The translations under genes were made by a program, and so were the position numbers. From positions 40,176,001-40,240,000 of the forward strand of contig NC_043007.1 of the NCBI RefSeq assembly GCF_006345805.1: a DNA stretch of 64,000 nt. Direction: 5' to 3'. Position 1 is the first letter of the stretch, and each line of letters begins with the position of its first letter. Source of the DNA: Octopus sinensis. Lineage: Eukaryota. Below are positions 25,411 to 39,380 of the stretch, one piece after another. The notes beneath the pieces were generated by a model. It was not told the DNA's origin. It saw only the letters and a list, made by a program, of their open reading frames with translations, and did no database searches.

Positions 25411-26959
25411 CATATACACATATATTAACAACAAACACACCACAAAAATATTGTTTACAAAGAAATTCATATTTAGAAATACTTCTGACAATGGCATATT
25501 GCAGCCATACATAACAGCAAACACCATATATTTACACAGCATCAAACTTGCCATCATATACACATAAACTTACAAAATATGAAAAATTTCATTTCTTACT
25601 CATTCATTCCCACTGTTCTATTCCCACTCAATTTGCTTACATTCAGTACTTCAATTCCATTTGGTTTTACCAAAGATTAACATAAAATAACAACTTCTTA
25701 AAACAGCACAGAGTATCAAATAATGTACCATTGAAAACATAGGACCCATTTCAAGAAACTGTTTCATTCAGTTCAATATACTATATTTCATTCATTCACT
25801 TACTTTTCAATTTCTAAAATCATGTTAAGATTCATGAAAAATTACATATTACATAATAGCAACAAAATAAAAATAAATAAATGCGCCCTTTTAAAGCCAA
25901 GCCAGGCTCATGGGCCCGGTTTCCCAGTTTCTATGGCGTATGTGTTCCCCAGCTGGACGGGACGCCAGTCCATCGCAGCGTTACTCATTTTTGCCAGCTG
26001 AGTGGACTGGAGCAACGTGAAATGAAGTGTTTTGCTCAAGAACACAATGCGTCGCCCGGTCCAGGAACCAAAACCACAATCTTACGATCACGATGCTGAT
26101 ACCCTAAACACTAAGCCATGCGCCTCCAAAAATACCCGAAACATTTGTACCATCTGAAAACAACAACTGCAACTGGAAAGATAACAACATCAATCACACA
26201 CATTTCATCATTCCTTACTACTTAATTTTCTTTTTTTATTGCCCTTCAACCAATTTAAAGATTATTCTACATCCTATATATATCCTTTCACATGACAACA
26301 TTATTTCAATACACATCATCAGGGACAGTCCTGGGGACAGAATTGGAACTGCCACCATACAATAAATATACTTCATTTTTTTGTCAGTCAGTTTCACAAT
26401 TCTGTTTCAAAAATTACTTTGTATTTCTTTAGAGTTCTACAAAAATTAACCATTAGCAACATAAGAATCAGAATTCAAGCTATGAGGCATGTTATTCATC
26501 AACAGCTTATAAAAACCAGAAAAGATTACAGCATCAAATTTCATATGGCTAGACTGTCTCTAATCAAAGTCATTCCAGCCTTGACCACCCAGTCTTTTTA
26601 GGTTATATCTGGGATTACATTATTCCAGGACTCCTTAGAACAATAGGTGTGATTTGGCTGCTATTTCTAACATGTTCACAAACCATGCAGAGGCACCAGT
26701 TGTCAAAAAATATCAAAAATTAATGGGAAATACATAACATATAAGAAGCTCACTGATTGGTTTCTTGAACATTAATTTATTGTGATTAATGATTTAGCTT
26801 ATTTATTAAGAGTTAAGATGTTACTTCAAATACAAATAAAATAACAAACAAAAATGTACTGCAACGTAATTTACCTTAACCATAATCAGTTTTTTACTAA
26901 AAAAATATGCACTCTAGGAATATATAATACAAGGAGATTGACACAAGACACTATCTTAA

Positions 26960-27187
26960 CCCTTCCGTTACTGTATTTATGTATTTATTTTGAAATGCTC
27001 TGTGTTTCTTTCAATTACTTTAAATATTACAAAGAATTTAGTAAAATAACTTGGTTATCATTAAACTAGTGTTAGGAACATAAATTGTGACTAAGGTTTG
27101 GTGGAAGATTTTAATTCAAAACTTATAGAAACAAGACATTTGTATTGAGAGCCAGGGCTGGTTTCAGCCAGGTTGGTAATGAAAGGG
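26960..27187. mobile_element. piggyBac-type MITE
   Basis: TTAA|CCCTTCCGTTAC ... GTAATGAAAGGG|TTAA. Confidence 0.75.
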
Positions 27188-28054
27188 TTAAAGATAGTGT
27201 ATTCCTATTAGTATTATGTGCGTTTATGTATGTGTAGATATATGCTTGTATGTATATTAGTTCAATAAGATCCTGTAGATTGTGGTCAAAAGATTGTTAG
27301 CATCTAACATAAGTATATAGGTATGGCTTGTATAGAACTCTTGAAAGAAAAAGAAAATAATTGATCAACAGAATTTATTAATCAATATATCAAATACTCT
27401 TCATCTCATATTAGAATTAATGAACTAATTTTGATTAGATGACAAATGCTACACAGCTCCAGATACAACAGCATCTTATGGTGCAAAGTATGCAGTAAAT
27501 AAACAAATGAAGTAAAAAAATGGATAAGTGCAGTTCAGTTAAGTACAAGCCATATTTCTGAGACAGAAAAAAGCCACATCATGAGTATTATGAATGTAAT
27601 TACTTTATAATCCATGATGTAATCTACTTTGGCATCAAGTACAAACCACTAGGCAAAACAAATTTACATTTGCAACCAGATGGTTCTTGATTTGATACCT
27701 CTTAGCTGCTCTTGAGTAAGTATCTTCTAACATAGCCTCAGGATGACCTGTTTTTGTTGTGAGTAGTAGTTAGAAACTGTGTGGCAACAAGGTGGATGTA
27801 TGCATGTGTGTGCATGCTAGTATCAGAGTGTGTGTGTGGTGGTGGTGGGGGGGGGGTAACAAAAATTGCCTTGGGATATTTAGCTCTGTGTGACTTATAC
27901 CCCTTTATGCCAAGGATGGCTTTCTTTCATTATGCGATTTTTTTAAAAAATTTTACAAATTGACTAAAATCTCTTGAAGGAGGTGCCCCAGCATGGCCAC
28001 GGCTGAACAACTGACGTCATTGGAAGAGTGGAAAGAAAAATAATAGATAAATAC

Positions 28055-28169
28055 CTTTGAGAAATCTTCAGGAGAAAATTCTAGAATGCCACCAATAAGC
28101 CTTAAGACATCACCCTTCTTTGTTTGTGATGTGCTCAGGTAATTAATGATAAGGTTTTTCATTACAAGT
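28055..28169 (-). CDS. TRIP11: TRIP11 GRAB-domain exon (LVMKNLIINYLSTSQTKKGDVLRLIGGILEFSPEDFSK)
   Basis: TTCCAG acceptor, AAG/GTATTT donor, 115 bp, phase 2-0. Matches the GRAB motif (VLMRNL...EVLRLMGSILG). Confidence 0.92.
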
Positions 28170-28602
28170 CTGGAAGAGAAAGAGAGAGCGTAAAGATAAA
28201 AAATGGAATTCGAAAAAAATCATCAGAGACACTTCAGAATAGAATATTGAACAAGACACAATATAAATTTGTAATAGCATTGTTTTAATATTTGATCATT
28301 GATGTAAAGTCATTGTATTTAAGATAATGTAGATGTAAAATGCAGTGTTTATGGTATACTCTGGTCTATACTCAAGGTATTGGTTATGAAACAGGTGTAG
28401 AAATACTTTTGTAACAAAAAAAAAAAAAGGAGCTCTTCGCATGATGTACACCATTACTGAGATAATCAGAAGCAAGAGAATGAAATGGTTCAACAGTGTC
28501 ATAGGAACTCTACGTAACACTGGAGCTCTGTCAAGACCTCCCAAAGCCTCAGACTACACTGGATACATGTGAATCTATAACTCCCATGTGTGTATGTATG
28601 TA

Positions 28603-28633
<31 letters not shown>

Positions 28634-29155
28634 GCATATACATACACACACATACACATATATATGGAAACATTATCAACCACATATACTTAATATGTAT
28701 GTTTCGTGTATTTGCCAGCATGCAGCTATTGGCATAGTGGCAAATACTCTCTCAAAGCACCTTAGTCATGGATAACTCACCCTCAATCCCATCTAAGAGT
28801 GATGGACACTGATGTTTCACCATTCTTGTGGCTTATCAACATCGCGTACCCAGCAGAATCAGAGATGAACTACCTCACATGTCCACAACTTACATGCTCA
28901 TGGTATGCAAACCATATGCAGGTATGTCCAGACAATGCGTATCATCATCATCATCATCGTTTAATGTCCGTTCTCCATGCTAGCATGGGTTGGATGGTTC
29001 GACCGGGGATCTGGGAAGCCAGAAGGCTGCACCAGGCTCCAGTCTTATCTGGCAATGTTTCTACAGCTGGATGCCCTTCCTAACGCCAACCACTCCGTGA
29101 GTGTAGTGGGTATGTAAGAGTAAGTTCAAATATGAAGTAGGAGCAACACTAGTGT

Positions 29156-29476
29156 TGTTGTTTTCCAATATTTTAAATTCGGGTTTGTCTCCGTTAACAG
29201 GGGTGGCCGGATCTACCTGTCTTACAGCAACCGCTTTTACACCGTCTCATCTGGCTTTGGGTATCCTCCCTCCTCAAGCCGATCCTCCAATCTCCTCCAC
29301 ATTTTCTTTGACCTCGCTTTCGAGCTTCATTCACTTTAAACTCAAGCACTCTCCTCAGAACATGATCCTCATCCTGCCTCAACATGTCCATACCACCACA
29401 TTCCATTCGCTCTTCCACCAATTCTTCCAATCCAAGCATCTCCATCAAGTCCTCAGCCCACCTTTTATGCAATAGC
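29156..29476 (-). mobile_element. 5'-truncated RTE LINE insertion with a 17-bp target-site duplication
   Basis: AGGAGCAACACTAGTGT at 29139-29155 and 29477-29493. Degenerate RTE C-terminus LRQDEDHVLRRVLEFKV...IGLRRED. Confidence 0.85.
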
Positions 29477-29588
29477 AGGAGCAACACTAGTGTAATAAAC
29501 ATTATCAACCACATATAACAGGATTGATTTCTTCTTGGGATTTACTGCATGGAAGATTGAATGAACTATGGTAGCTGTTAATACTTAC

Positions 29589-29670
29589 TTATCGACAAAT
29601 GCTTCAGAATCAAATTTCAGCCGATGGATCTCTTGATCAGCCTCTTTCAGAAGTTTTTCTTTCTCCTCAA
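29589..29670 (-). CDS. TRIP11: TRIP11 coiled-coil exon (EEKEKLLKEADQEIHRLKFDSEAFVDK)
   Basis: TTACAG acceptor, AA/GTAAGT donor, 82 bp, phase 1-2. Splicing to the next exon gives VDK-LVMKNL, equivalent to the VDK-VLMRNL of TRIP11. Confidence 0.9.
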
Positions 29671-31289
29671 CTGTAAAATAGTAAAGAAACACAGAGATAG
29701 ACAGAGAGAGAGAGAGGGAGAGAGAAAGAGAGATAGTGAGAGAGCCACACACAGATAGATTGCTCAGAAAATATTTTTAGATAAGGTTCATCTAAAGAGA
29801 TTAGGAAAGGAAAGAGGGAAGAGAGAGAAACAAAACAGGATTAAAAAAATGTGAGAAAAATATAAAGCAACTTTTAATGGGTTAAATTTGTCCGAACCAT
29901 GACTGAGTTTACAAAGCCTCAATCCCACCTGTTAAAAGAACTCGATGTCACAGATTTCTGAAGAGAAAACACTTTTTGTCACTTTTTCCATGCTGTGTGT
30001 AAATCAGTGGTTGATAAGAGCTCAATGTTCAGCCTGTATTGTGGTGGTCTACTACAAGTACAAGAACTAATGAGGTCTCTATTAAAATCAATGCTAGCCA
30101 TGGAGGATACAGAATAGTTAGCTTGAGCACTATTATGTCGGAAGAGGTGACAAGCTGAGAGAATTGTCAGCATGCTGAACAAAATGCTCAGTGCCATTTC
30201 ATCTATCTTTATGTTCTGAGCTCAGAGTCCACCGAGGTTGACGTTGCCTGGCATCTTTTTGAGATTGATGGAGTAAGTACTAGTAAATTATTGGCGACCT
30301 CCTGCCTACAAAATTTCAGGCCTTGTTCCTATAGTAGAAAGGATTATTATGATTACTAGCTGGCCCTGTGCCATCAAAAATGACAGTTAATTATAGTATT
30401 TTATATATAAATATGGATGGAAAATCAAATTAATACACTTGTCAATGTTCACATACATTCACATACTTCCCTTGTACACACATACACACGGACACGGAGT
30501 TGAAACGCTGTTTGATTTTTCTTTTCAGCATTGAATGTTCACCATCCCACCACCCCTTCCTTCCTTATTTATTTATCACCCCTTCCTAACACATTCATAT
30601 GTTGTGACGGAGAAAAAACACAAGAGTATTATTATAGTAGATTATTAAGGCAGTGGGCTAGCAAAGCTGTTGGCATGTAGGACAAAATGCTTGGCAGCAT
30701 TTCTCCTGGCTTTATTTTCTGAATTCATACACCACCAAGGTTGAGTTTGTTGTTCATCCTTTTTGGGTCAATAAAATAAATACCAGTCAAGTACAGGGGC
30801 CAATGTAATTGACTTCCCCTTCCTTCAAAAACTACTGGCCCTGTACCAAAATTTGAAACCACTATTAGGTACGGCGGGCCCTGCTGCTGTAAGGACAGCA
30901 ACCATACCAACTTTTATTAAGTATGGTCTCACATCTATTAAGTCAGTGAATTGGCAGAATTGTTAGTGTCGGATTGAATACCTTGTGGTATTTGTTCTGA
31001 CTGTTTTCTGTGTTCAAATTCCATTGAGGTCAATTCTAACTTTCATCCTTTTCAGTAGAGATGAGATTAATAAAAACAATTTCAATCCAGAAGGATGAAT
31101 TAGCAGAAATGGTAGAGGGTAGAGCAGTATTTGATTCAGTATTTTATGTTCTAATAGTAATGCCTGCAACAACATACAATTATATCAGCCCAAGGCAGCA
31201 GCCTTTCTTTCGGACAGAGATCATTGGTATGGAGCAACTGTTTGCATTCCTCAAAGAAATCTTGTTCTGGCTGCCGTATAGATGCACAG

Positions 31290-31527
31290 AAAAATGGCGG
31301 CAAGCTGGTGGAAACGTTAGCACGCCGAGCGAAGAGCTTAGCGGTATTTCGCCTGCTGTTATGTTCAGAGTTCAAATTCCGCTGAGGTTGACTTTGCCCT
31401 TCATCCTTTCGGGGTCGATAAATTAAGTACCAGTTACGCACTGGAGTCGATGTAATCGACTTAATCCCTTTGTCTGTCCTTGTTTGTCCCCTCTATGTTT
31501 ATCCCCTTGTGGGTAATAAAGAAATAA
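31290..31527 (+). mobile_element. SINE family B (Meta-type) full copy
   Basis: Reverse complement of 8962-9186. Confidence 0.82.
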
Positions 31528-33154
31528 GAAAAATGGCCAAGATTGACCAATGAAGACCCTACAATATATATCTATAGAGGTTGCAACCATGGCTAGTGTT
31601 AGGGCAATAACTTGAAACAAAGGCAGAACAGTTATAATCAAGGTATTTTATTACATTAGTAATCATGGTTTATCTCAGAATGGTAAAAGTTGTTGAGATG
31701 ACGGCTGTTTTTGTTTTGTTGTAATAGCACCCTCTTACTTAGACACAACACCTCAAATTTAGGAGGAAGCGGAATACAGATGGCTATATCAACCCCTAAT
31801 ACTTTGTTTCAGCTTCTCTGGAAGGATGGAAAGCAAAACTGACCTTGGGGAAATTTTGAACACAAAATAAAAGGAGTTGAAGCTAAATACTGTAGGATAT
31901 TAAATTTATCCCATCACTTCTGTATTCCCACTGGTTTAATATTTGATCGAATGAAGTAAGATGAAAGATAAGCAGGATTTGAACTCAGAACTGTAGCTAA
32001 AATACCATAGGGATTTTACCTATGCTCAAATGCCTGCTACCACTACCACCACCAGTCTATATTATGATGGTAGTAACAATCACTTTCTGTTATGCTAGTA
32101 ACTAAAGTGTCTGTTTAAAACCAGTAAACTGTTGAGATGGTAACTTGCTTCCATATTGCAATGGTAGTAACCCATGTTAGCCCTGATCAAAGCAGATCCA
32201 TAATCAAAGGCATTCTAACCATGATCAACTCATGTTTTTTTGCTTCAGATACAGTATATCTAAGCCCACATTATCCCTTGTGTCATTCCCTTTTTAACAT
32301 AGTAACGTGCGAAATGAAGGAGATTGGCTACTATTTCTAGCAAGTTGTGTGGCAATGTAGGAGTTTCCTTGCCAAGGTAGCAACTATCTTCTTGTTTATC
32401 TCAGGATGATAAAATCTACCATGATGAAAAGCCTTGATCTGTATTATAATATTCACATAAATGTATATTATGATTGTAGCAACCATTATATTTTTGTTGG
32501 TGCAGTAACCAGTGGACCCCCTTTGGTCATGAATAACCATGGAATTGCACCTACAAGGTACAAGTACCTTCCGAGGTACAAGTCTGGGCAAGGTTGTTTT
32601 TATGGAAGACCAGCTGTCACTCATGGATACCAGCCTCCTCTCTCCATACCAGTGATGTTATCCAAGGGGAAGGCAAAGGCTGATATAGCTTGGCACTAGT
32701 GACATCGCAACTCATTTCTACAGCTGAGTGAACTGGAGTAACGTGAAAGATAAAGTGTCTTGCTCAAGAACACAACATGGAGCCTGGTCTAGGAATCAAA
32801 CCCATTACCTCATGTGCAGTAACTAGTCTAGCAAAATTCAGTAAAACAGTAAAAGCTGTCCAAATGTTACCTTCAATCTATTTTAGAATGGTAACATGAT
32901 TTATTTTGTCATGCAATAAATTAACCATTACTTCTTATTAGGATGGTAATCAATCTCTACTGGAATGTCAAACTGATGGTGATAAATATGATTCAAAATC
33001 AGCAGTAACCACCAATCTACATTAATTAAGACACTGACATCAATAAATTAATAAGGTTATTTATTCCCTAATGAGTCCCCAAACAGAAATGAAACTAATC
33101 AGGAAATCCCAAAATTTTTCTATCTACAGTGAGAGATAATAAAAAGCATTTATT

Positions 33155-33548
33155 TTTTTTACTTGTTTCAGCCATTTGACTGCGGCCAAGCTGGAGCACT
33201 GCCTTTAGTCAAATAAATTGACCCCAGGACTTATCCTTTGTAAGCCTACTACTTATTCTATCAGTCTCTTTTGCCAAACTGCTAAGTTATGGGGACGTAG
33301 ACACACCAGCATTGGTTGTCAAGTCTTGTTGAGTGACAAACATATACACACACATACATATGTACATACGTATGTATACATACATACAATGGGTTTCTTT
33401 CAGTTTCTGTCTACCAAATCCACTCACAAGGCTTTGGTTGGCCTGAGGCTGTAGAAGACACTCACCCAAGGTGCCACACAGTGGGACTGAACCTGGAACC
33501 ATGTGGTTGGTAAGCAAGCTACTTACCACACAGCCACTCCTGTGCCTA
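33155..33548 (-). mobile_element. SINE family A copy
   Basis: Reverse-complement match, diverged. Confidence 0.8.
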
Positions 33549-34234
33549 TTTGTTTGCATTTAAAATTTCACTGACATCAGTGTCTATTAAAATGTTATCA
33601 ATTAAAAGTGGTTAAATTAAAAGGCTGGAGTGATTGGAATGAGCTGGGTGTATGTCCCATTACCCAAGACGGTTCCCTTCCTCTCATCAACCCTACTGTG
33701 ACTACTCTTGTTAAAAATTCTACTCTTCCAGCACAGAAGCTTTCTAGAATCAGTTTATACCAACTAGAAAGCCTAAACATAGCCATTTGATATGCTAAAA
33801 CAACAGTCAACTCTTCCTCAAATTATACCCAACTTAAAATAAGAACACATTGAATAGTGTTGTCCATATTACACTATGCCTGATCAACAACAATGGGTGG
33901 ATATGGCCAGAATACCTTTGATCTGCTGTTTCAGGGACTGATTCAGTAGCTCAATAACATTTTGGAATCCCTCACTGATCATGTTATTTTTTTTTTTTGA
34001 GGATGTTGATCTTACTATAGTCAAACAGAACACTGACTTACATCAACTTCACCAATCTTAGAAAACCTACAAAGATCATGGTTTGCACAAACCTATGTCT
34101 GATAATCTAATTAAACAAACATCTCAAATTCAAATTCTAACAGGCTCAATTTTATTTTTTATACACCTGGGTTCACCTCAACACACTAGACTTGTTACCC
34201 CTAAAATTGTGTACCTTATATATATATATATCTT

Positions 34235-34597
34235 TTATACTTGTTTCAGTCATTCAACTGTGGCCATGCTGGAGCACCGCCTTTAGTCGAGCAAATCGAC
34301 TCCAGGACTTATTCTATAGGTCTCTTTTGCCAAACTGCTAAGCTACGGGGATGTAAACACACCACCATTGCTTGTCAAGCGATGTTAGGGAGACAAACAC
34401 AGACGCAAACGTACATATATATATATATATATACAACAAGCTTCTTTCAGTTTCTGTCTACCAAATCCACTCACAAGGCTTTGGTCGGCCCTAGGCTATA
34501 GTAGAAGATACTTGCCCAAGGTGCCACGCAGTGGGACTGAACCCGGAACCATGTGGTTGGTAAGCAAGCTACTTACCACACACCCACTCCTGCGCCT
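34235..34597 (-). mobile_element. SINE family A copy
   Basis: Reverse-complement match. Confidence 0.82.
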
Positions 34598-35719
34598 TTT
34601 CTTGAGGCTTAGGCTTCATAAGGCCAATTAGCTGATTAGCTGGCTTACATGGTGTACAAGTGACTGAGATCACAACATGGACCCAAAATGGAAAGCTAGT
34701 CCAATGCAGGATTCAATAGCATAAATTTTTGAGGAGAGAGGACAAACTGATTACATCAACCTCAGTGGTTGCCAGGTACAGCTAAATTAAAATGACCTAA
34801 GGAGAAACTGCACCAACTGCAGCAGCATCAATGTTTCTTTAACTGACACTCTGTCAGTCACAACAAAGTATCTTCCAATTGATCCAATCAACAGAACAGT
34901 CTGCTTGTGAAGTTAACATGCAAGTGGCTGAGTACTCCACAGACATGCATACACTTAATGTAATTCTCAGAGAGATTCAGTGTGACAGAGAATGTGACAA
35001 GGCTGGACCTTTGAATTACAGGTACAATTCATTTTTGCCAGGTGAGCGAACTGGAGCAATGTGAAATAAAGTGTTTTTCACAAGGACAAAAAGCGTCACA
35101 GGGAATCAAACTCAAAACTTTGCAATCGTAAACTGAATACTCTAACCATTAAGCTATGCACCTTCACAACAATGTTTCTAATTTGCCAATAAATGAAACT
35201 GTTATAAACTTGAATTTTAACCACCGCATGATGGATAATTTTGGAAATATATTTTTGCAAATGCAATAACTAATATTACAGGGACACAGTAATTTTACTT
35301 CATTCAAATTTCAAGGTGGTTATACAAAATAATAAAATGAAAACTAATATCTAACAAAAATATTTATTCAATTTTAAATTAAAAAAAAATTTTTATTTGT
35401 AATAAATATGTTATCAATAGCAAAAATACTGTTTAGCTATCAATGAATTACATACATAAGATTACTCAATATTACCAAAGTCGCAAAAGTATATTTCTGT
35501 CATTAGTAAATAAGTAACCAAGGGAGATAAATCTAATACAATCAGAGTTATCCCTCTTGGAAGGGACAGACAAACAGAGAGATGTAGATACATACAATAG
35601 GTAGGTTTCAATAAGACACTGCAAGAGTTGAATTAGAGGGAGAAATAAGCACCCAACTGACTAAAAGCTAGAATCCAGATTCAACTCCAGCCTGTAGCTA
35701 TTTCATGTATACCATTAAT

Positions 35720-35820
35720 GACCAAAAACCTACTGTTTCTCCAGTCCCTGAGACCAAAAACCTCCTGTTTCTCCATTCCCTGAGACCAAAAAAACCTACT
35801 GTTTCTCTATTCCCTGAGAC
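35720..35820. repeat. 32-34-bp tandem repeat, 3 copies
   Basis: GACCAAAAACCT(A/C)CTGTTTCTC(C/T)A(G/T)TCCCTGA x3. Confidence 0.85.
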
Positions 35821-38800
35821 TAGATCAAGCATTCATAGATCTATCCAATTACAAAAGAGCATATTAAACTGCACATGATGTATTACAATATAATCTATAA
35901 CAGCAAGGCTGTAGACAAAAATGCCTTGCCATATATACTAATGACCTACCACATTCTGATTACAAATTCCACCAAATCAATTTTACTTTACTAACTCAGG
36001 TGGAGGGCATGGTATGAAAAGCAAAGTACTAGTCAAGCATCAGGGTCAATTTGGCTAACCACTGCTCCCTTTTTCTGGCATTATATCTATTTAAAAAATT
36101 AATATTATTGAAGACATTGTGTGTGTTGAAGATTTGTGCTGTCTATCAAGTCACAACAAGGAACCTCTGACAGACAGCACTTTATGCAGTATGCATGCAG
36201 TTCCAAGTAAAACCGATTTTTGCGATACACCTGTCATTAAGGCAGTAAACTGGCAGAATCATTAGTATATCAAACAAAATACTTTGCAGTATTTTTCCCA
36301 CTTTTTTACATTCTAAGGTTCAAATCCTGCCATGGTTAACTTTACCTTTCATCCTTTCAGGGGTTGATAAAATAAAGTACCAGTCAAGTACTGAACTGAC
36401 ACACAGGCTGTAGTCTGAGTGTAAGGCTGAACATTACAACATTGGTCTGGTACCTCTGACAGCTGGGTAAAATGTTCTGCCTGCAGACACTACGATCTGT
36501 AATGCATTTGAATAAAAGAGGTACAAAGAAGCAGTTCTATAAGTTATCCACTCAGCTAACCTCCTTCTACCTACAGCTGTTGCTCTTTAAACACCATATC
36601 TATATCGAATCGATCATTGAGTGTAGCTAGGACAATATCTTCCAGCAGCTTATGTTCTTAACTAAAACAAACCTAAGACTTTGTTATCCTTTGTAAATTT
36701 GATGAGTAACTTGAAGGAAAGTTGGTTGTTGCCTCTTGCAGGCCAAGCATGTACAGGTTCCCTCATTGGTTTGAATGAACCATATGGTAACTTTGTTTTG
36801 TATTAAGTCAATAACCACACTCTATACTAGGTTAGAAATGCTGTCCACAGAGAATGGATAATCTTAATTATAGGCTATGCGCTCCCCCAGATCACTGACA
36901 GAGTTTGAGATTTCCAATCAATCTAAGTTCATGACTCACCCAGATTGCTCTGAGAAATTTAAAAGGCAAACTTCATTTTGAAGAAGTCCCAAGTGCTACT
37001 ACATATCTTAACATTAAACACCACAGAGGAGGCAATTCCAAGCAACTCCCATCCTGCTCTTGAAAATGGTCTATCGTAAATAACATTTTCAGGAGATTCA
37101 GTACCTATTCTTGTCTGACAACTTAGTGAAGGAGAATAAAGAATAAACATTCAAACACATACAAATGCACAATGAAACATTAGCAGTGAAGGTCTTTGAG
37201 ATAGAAGTGAGTGATAATACAACACCCTACACATTAAAGTCATCAAGGATCTGTGCTTCACTTGTTATTTACCCATACAATCAGAGACAAATATTTAAGT
37301 TAGATTTTCAACTATCATGTGATCTTGTGATACCAGAAATTCTCATATCCTTGGTATTTATTTATTTCTTATTCTTATCTAAATATCTTTAGAGGAATTG
37401 GTTGGTTAAATAAAAAAAAATATTTGCTTAAATTGATGGTTCTAGACTTATATTTATATGTCTCTTCTTAAAAGCCAAAACTTTGTCAACTGAAAAGGAA
37501 AAGTGTAACAATTTTTCATGGATCCATCCATAAACACCCATTAATATCCATTACTTCATGTTTCTATACATGTGTCATTGTAACAGCTTATCCTACATGT
37601 TAGTCACCATTATATTTCTATATGTGGATCAACAGTGGCAGCTATCCTACATGCTTACTTCATTCATGTTTTTAGGTAACTGTTTGCCCTACATGTTCCC
37701 CTTGCAACCAGACAGTGTTTCCACAGTTTCTCTTACATGTTCCTTCTAACATGTCTGTTCACAGATCTTCTAACATGTCTGTTCACAACATCTTTCCAGT
37801 TCTATGTTAACAATGCTTAACTCCATATTATATCTACCATGCTTCATGAAGCATTGTATCTAAACTACACTTGTCCTTTTACAATACTTTAGCCTTCAAC
37901 ACCTCTCATAAAACCATCACTCCCACCCTCAAATACACTCCTAATCAGATGTGAGAGCTTTTTCCAGTTACTTTTGTTTTTACTTGGCAATCTCACTATT
38001 GGCAGTGGCATGAAAAAGCACCTAGTACACACTGTAAAGTGGTTGGTGTTAGGAAGGGTTCCAGCCATAGAAACCCTGCCAAAGCTAACACTGGGGACTT
38101 ACGCAGCCCTGTAGCTGTTGAACTGTCCATTTCATGCCAGTATGGAAAACAGGCATGAGATGATGATGATGATAGTTTCTTGCTAACAAACCTGGTTCAA
38201 CAGCAACAGCTCTTTCTACATCTTTGTTACAGACAACAGCCAACTCTATATATTTATGCACGAAATAATCATGTTACCAGGCGTATGTTAGCAATAGCTA
38301 GTCCTTCCTGTTTGTCCAGTGCCCTTCATGTTTCTAGATACACATAAACAACAACTGCTTTCAATCACATGTTTGCCCCCCTAAGCTATTTGCCTCGTCA
38401 ATAGTTATGCCTACATGTTCTACAACTCTTCATGCTTTTAGACAAGGGTCAATAACAGCTCCCTGAACATTTTAAAAAATTTTCTTAAGTTAGCCAACAG
38501 AAAGGGGGCACTTCCCACAATCTAGACAGGCCCTCAAAGGCTGCTGAAATTTAATCAGCTGACATTCAGCAGAAAAAAAAAAATCCTTAAACTGAGGTCT
38601 ATAAGGAAAACATTGGTAAGAGAGGAAAGGAAATTTCAAAATCTGAAGATCCTAAGAAGAAAGAACTGAGGTGGTGGAAGAAGAGAGGCACGTGTGTCAA
38701 GTGAGCTTGGGTGGAGGTGGTATGTAATTTGTATCTTAGTGATTCAAATATATGTAATACACGTTTATTATTAGAGTTTGGCACCCAATCAGACCTCCCA

Positions 38801-39225
38801 ATCCAGCAAACCCATGATCAGAAGGGTTCAAGCCATAATGTTCCCATCTTTCCTCTACATGCACATTAACAAGCATGTTGCCTTTTTTTTAAGATGGTGT
38901 GATTTGAGTGGTGGTGAATTTCACTGCAGTTTCTAGCAGGTTGAATGGAGTCTACTTAAAAATTATTTTGTGGAGCTCTCTCAGAAACATCAGCTCACTC
39001 CAGATGTATAATATCAATAACCCTTTCTACTATAGGCACAAAGCCAGAAATTTGCGGGAGGGTGGACTAGTCGATTTCATTGACTCCAGTGTTTCACTGG
39101 TACTTAATTTACAGACCCTGAAAGGCAAAGTTGACCTCGTCAGAATTTGAACTTAGAATGTAAAGACAGACGGAATGCCACTAAGCATTTTGCCTGGCAT
39201 GCAACAATTCTGCCAGGTCATCACC

Positions 39226-39275
<50 letters not shown>

Positions 39276-39279
39276 TATG

Positions 39280-39323
<44 letters not shown>

Positions 39324-39336
39324 TATGATGATGATG

Positions 39337-39380
<44 letters not shown>

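Noticed and set aside
35619-35697. CCAGATTCAACTCCAGC resembling miR-750/miR-1175 with a 9-bp stem
   Set aside because: Loop of about 44 nt, short stem and only partial identity.
36136-36180. 14-bp hairpin GTGCTGTCTGTCAG/TTGATAGACAGCAC
   Set aside because: Only 45 nt with no basal extension.
36941-37115. Minus-strand segment bounded by CAG and GG/GTGAGT
   Set aside because: The longest frame stops before the donor and the peptide is not coiled coil. Not supportable as a TRIP11 exon.
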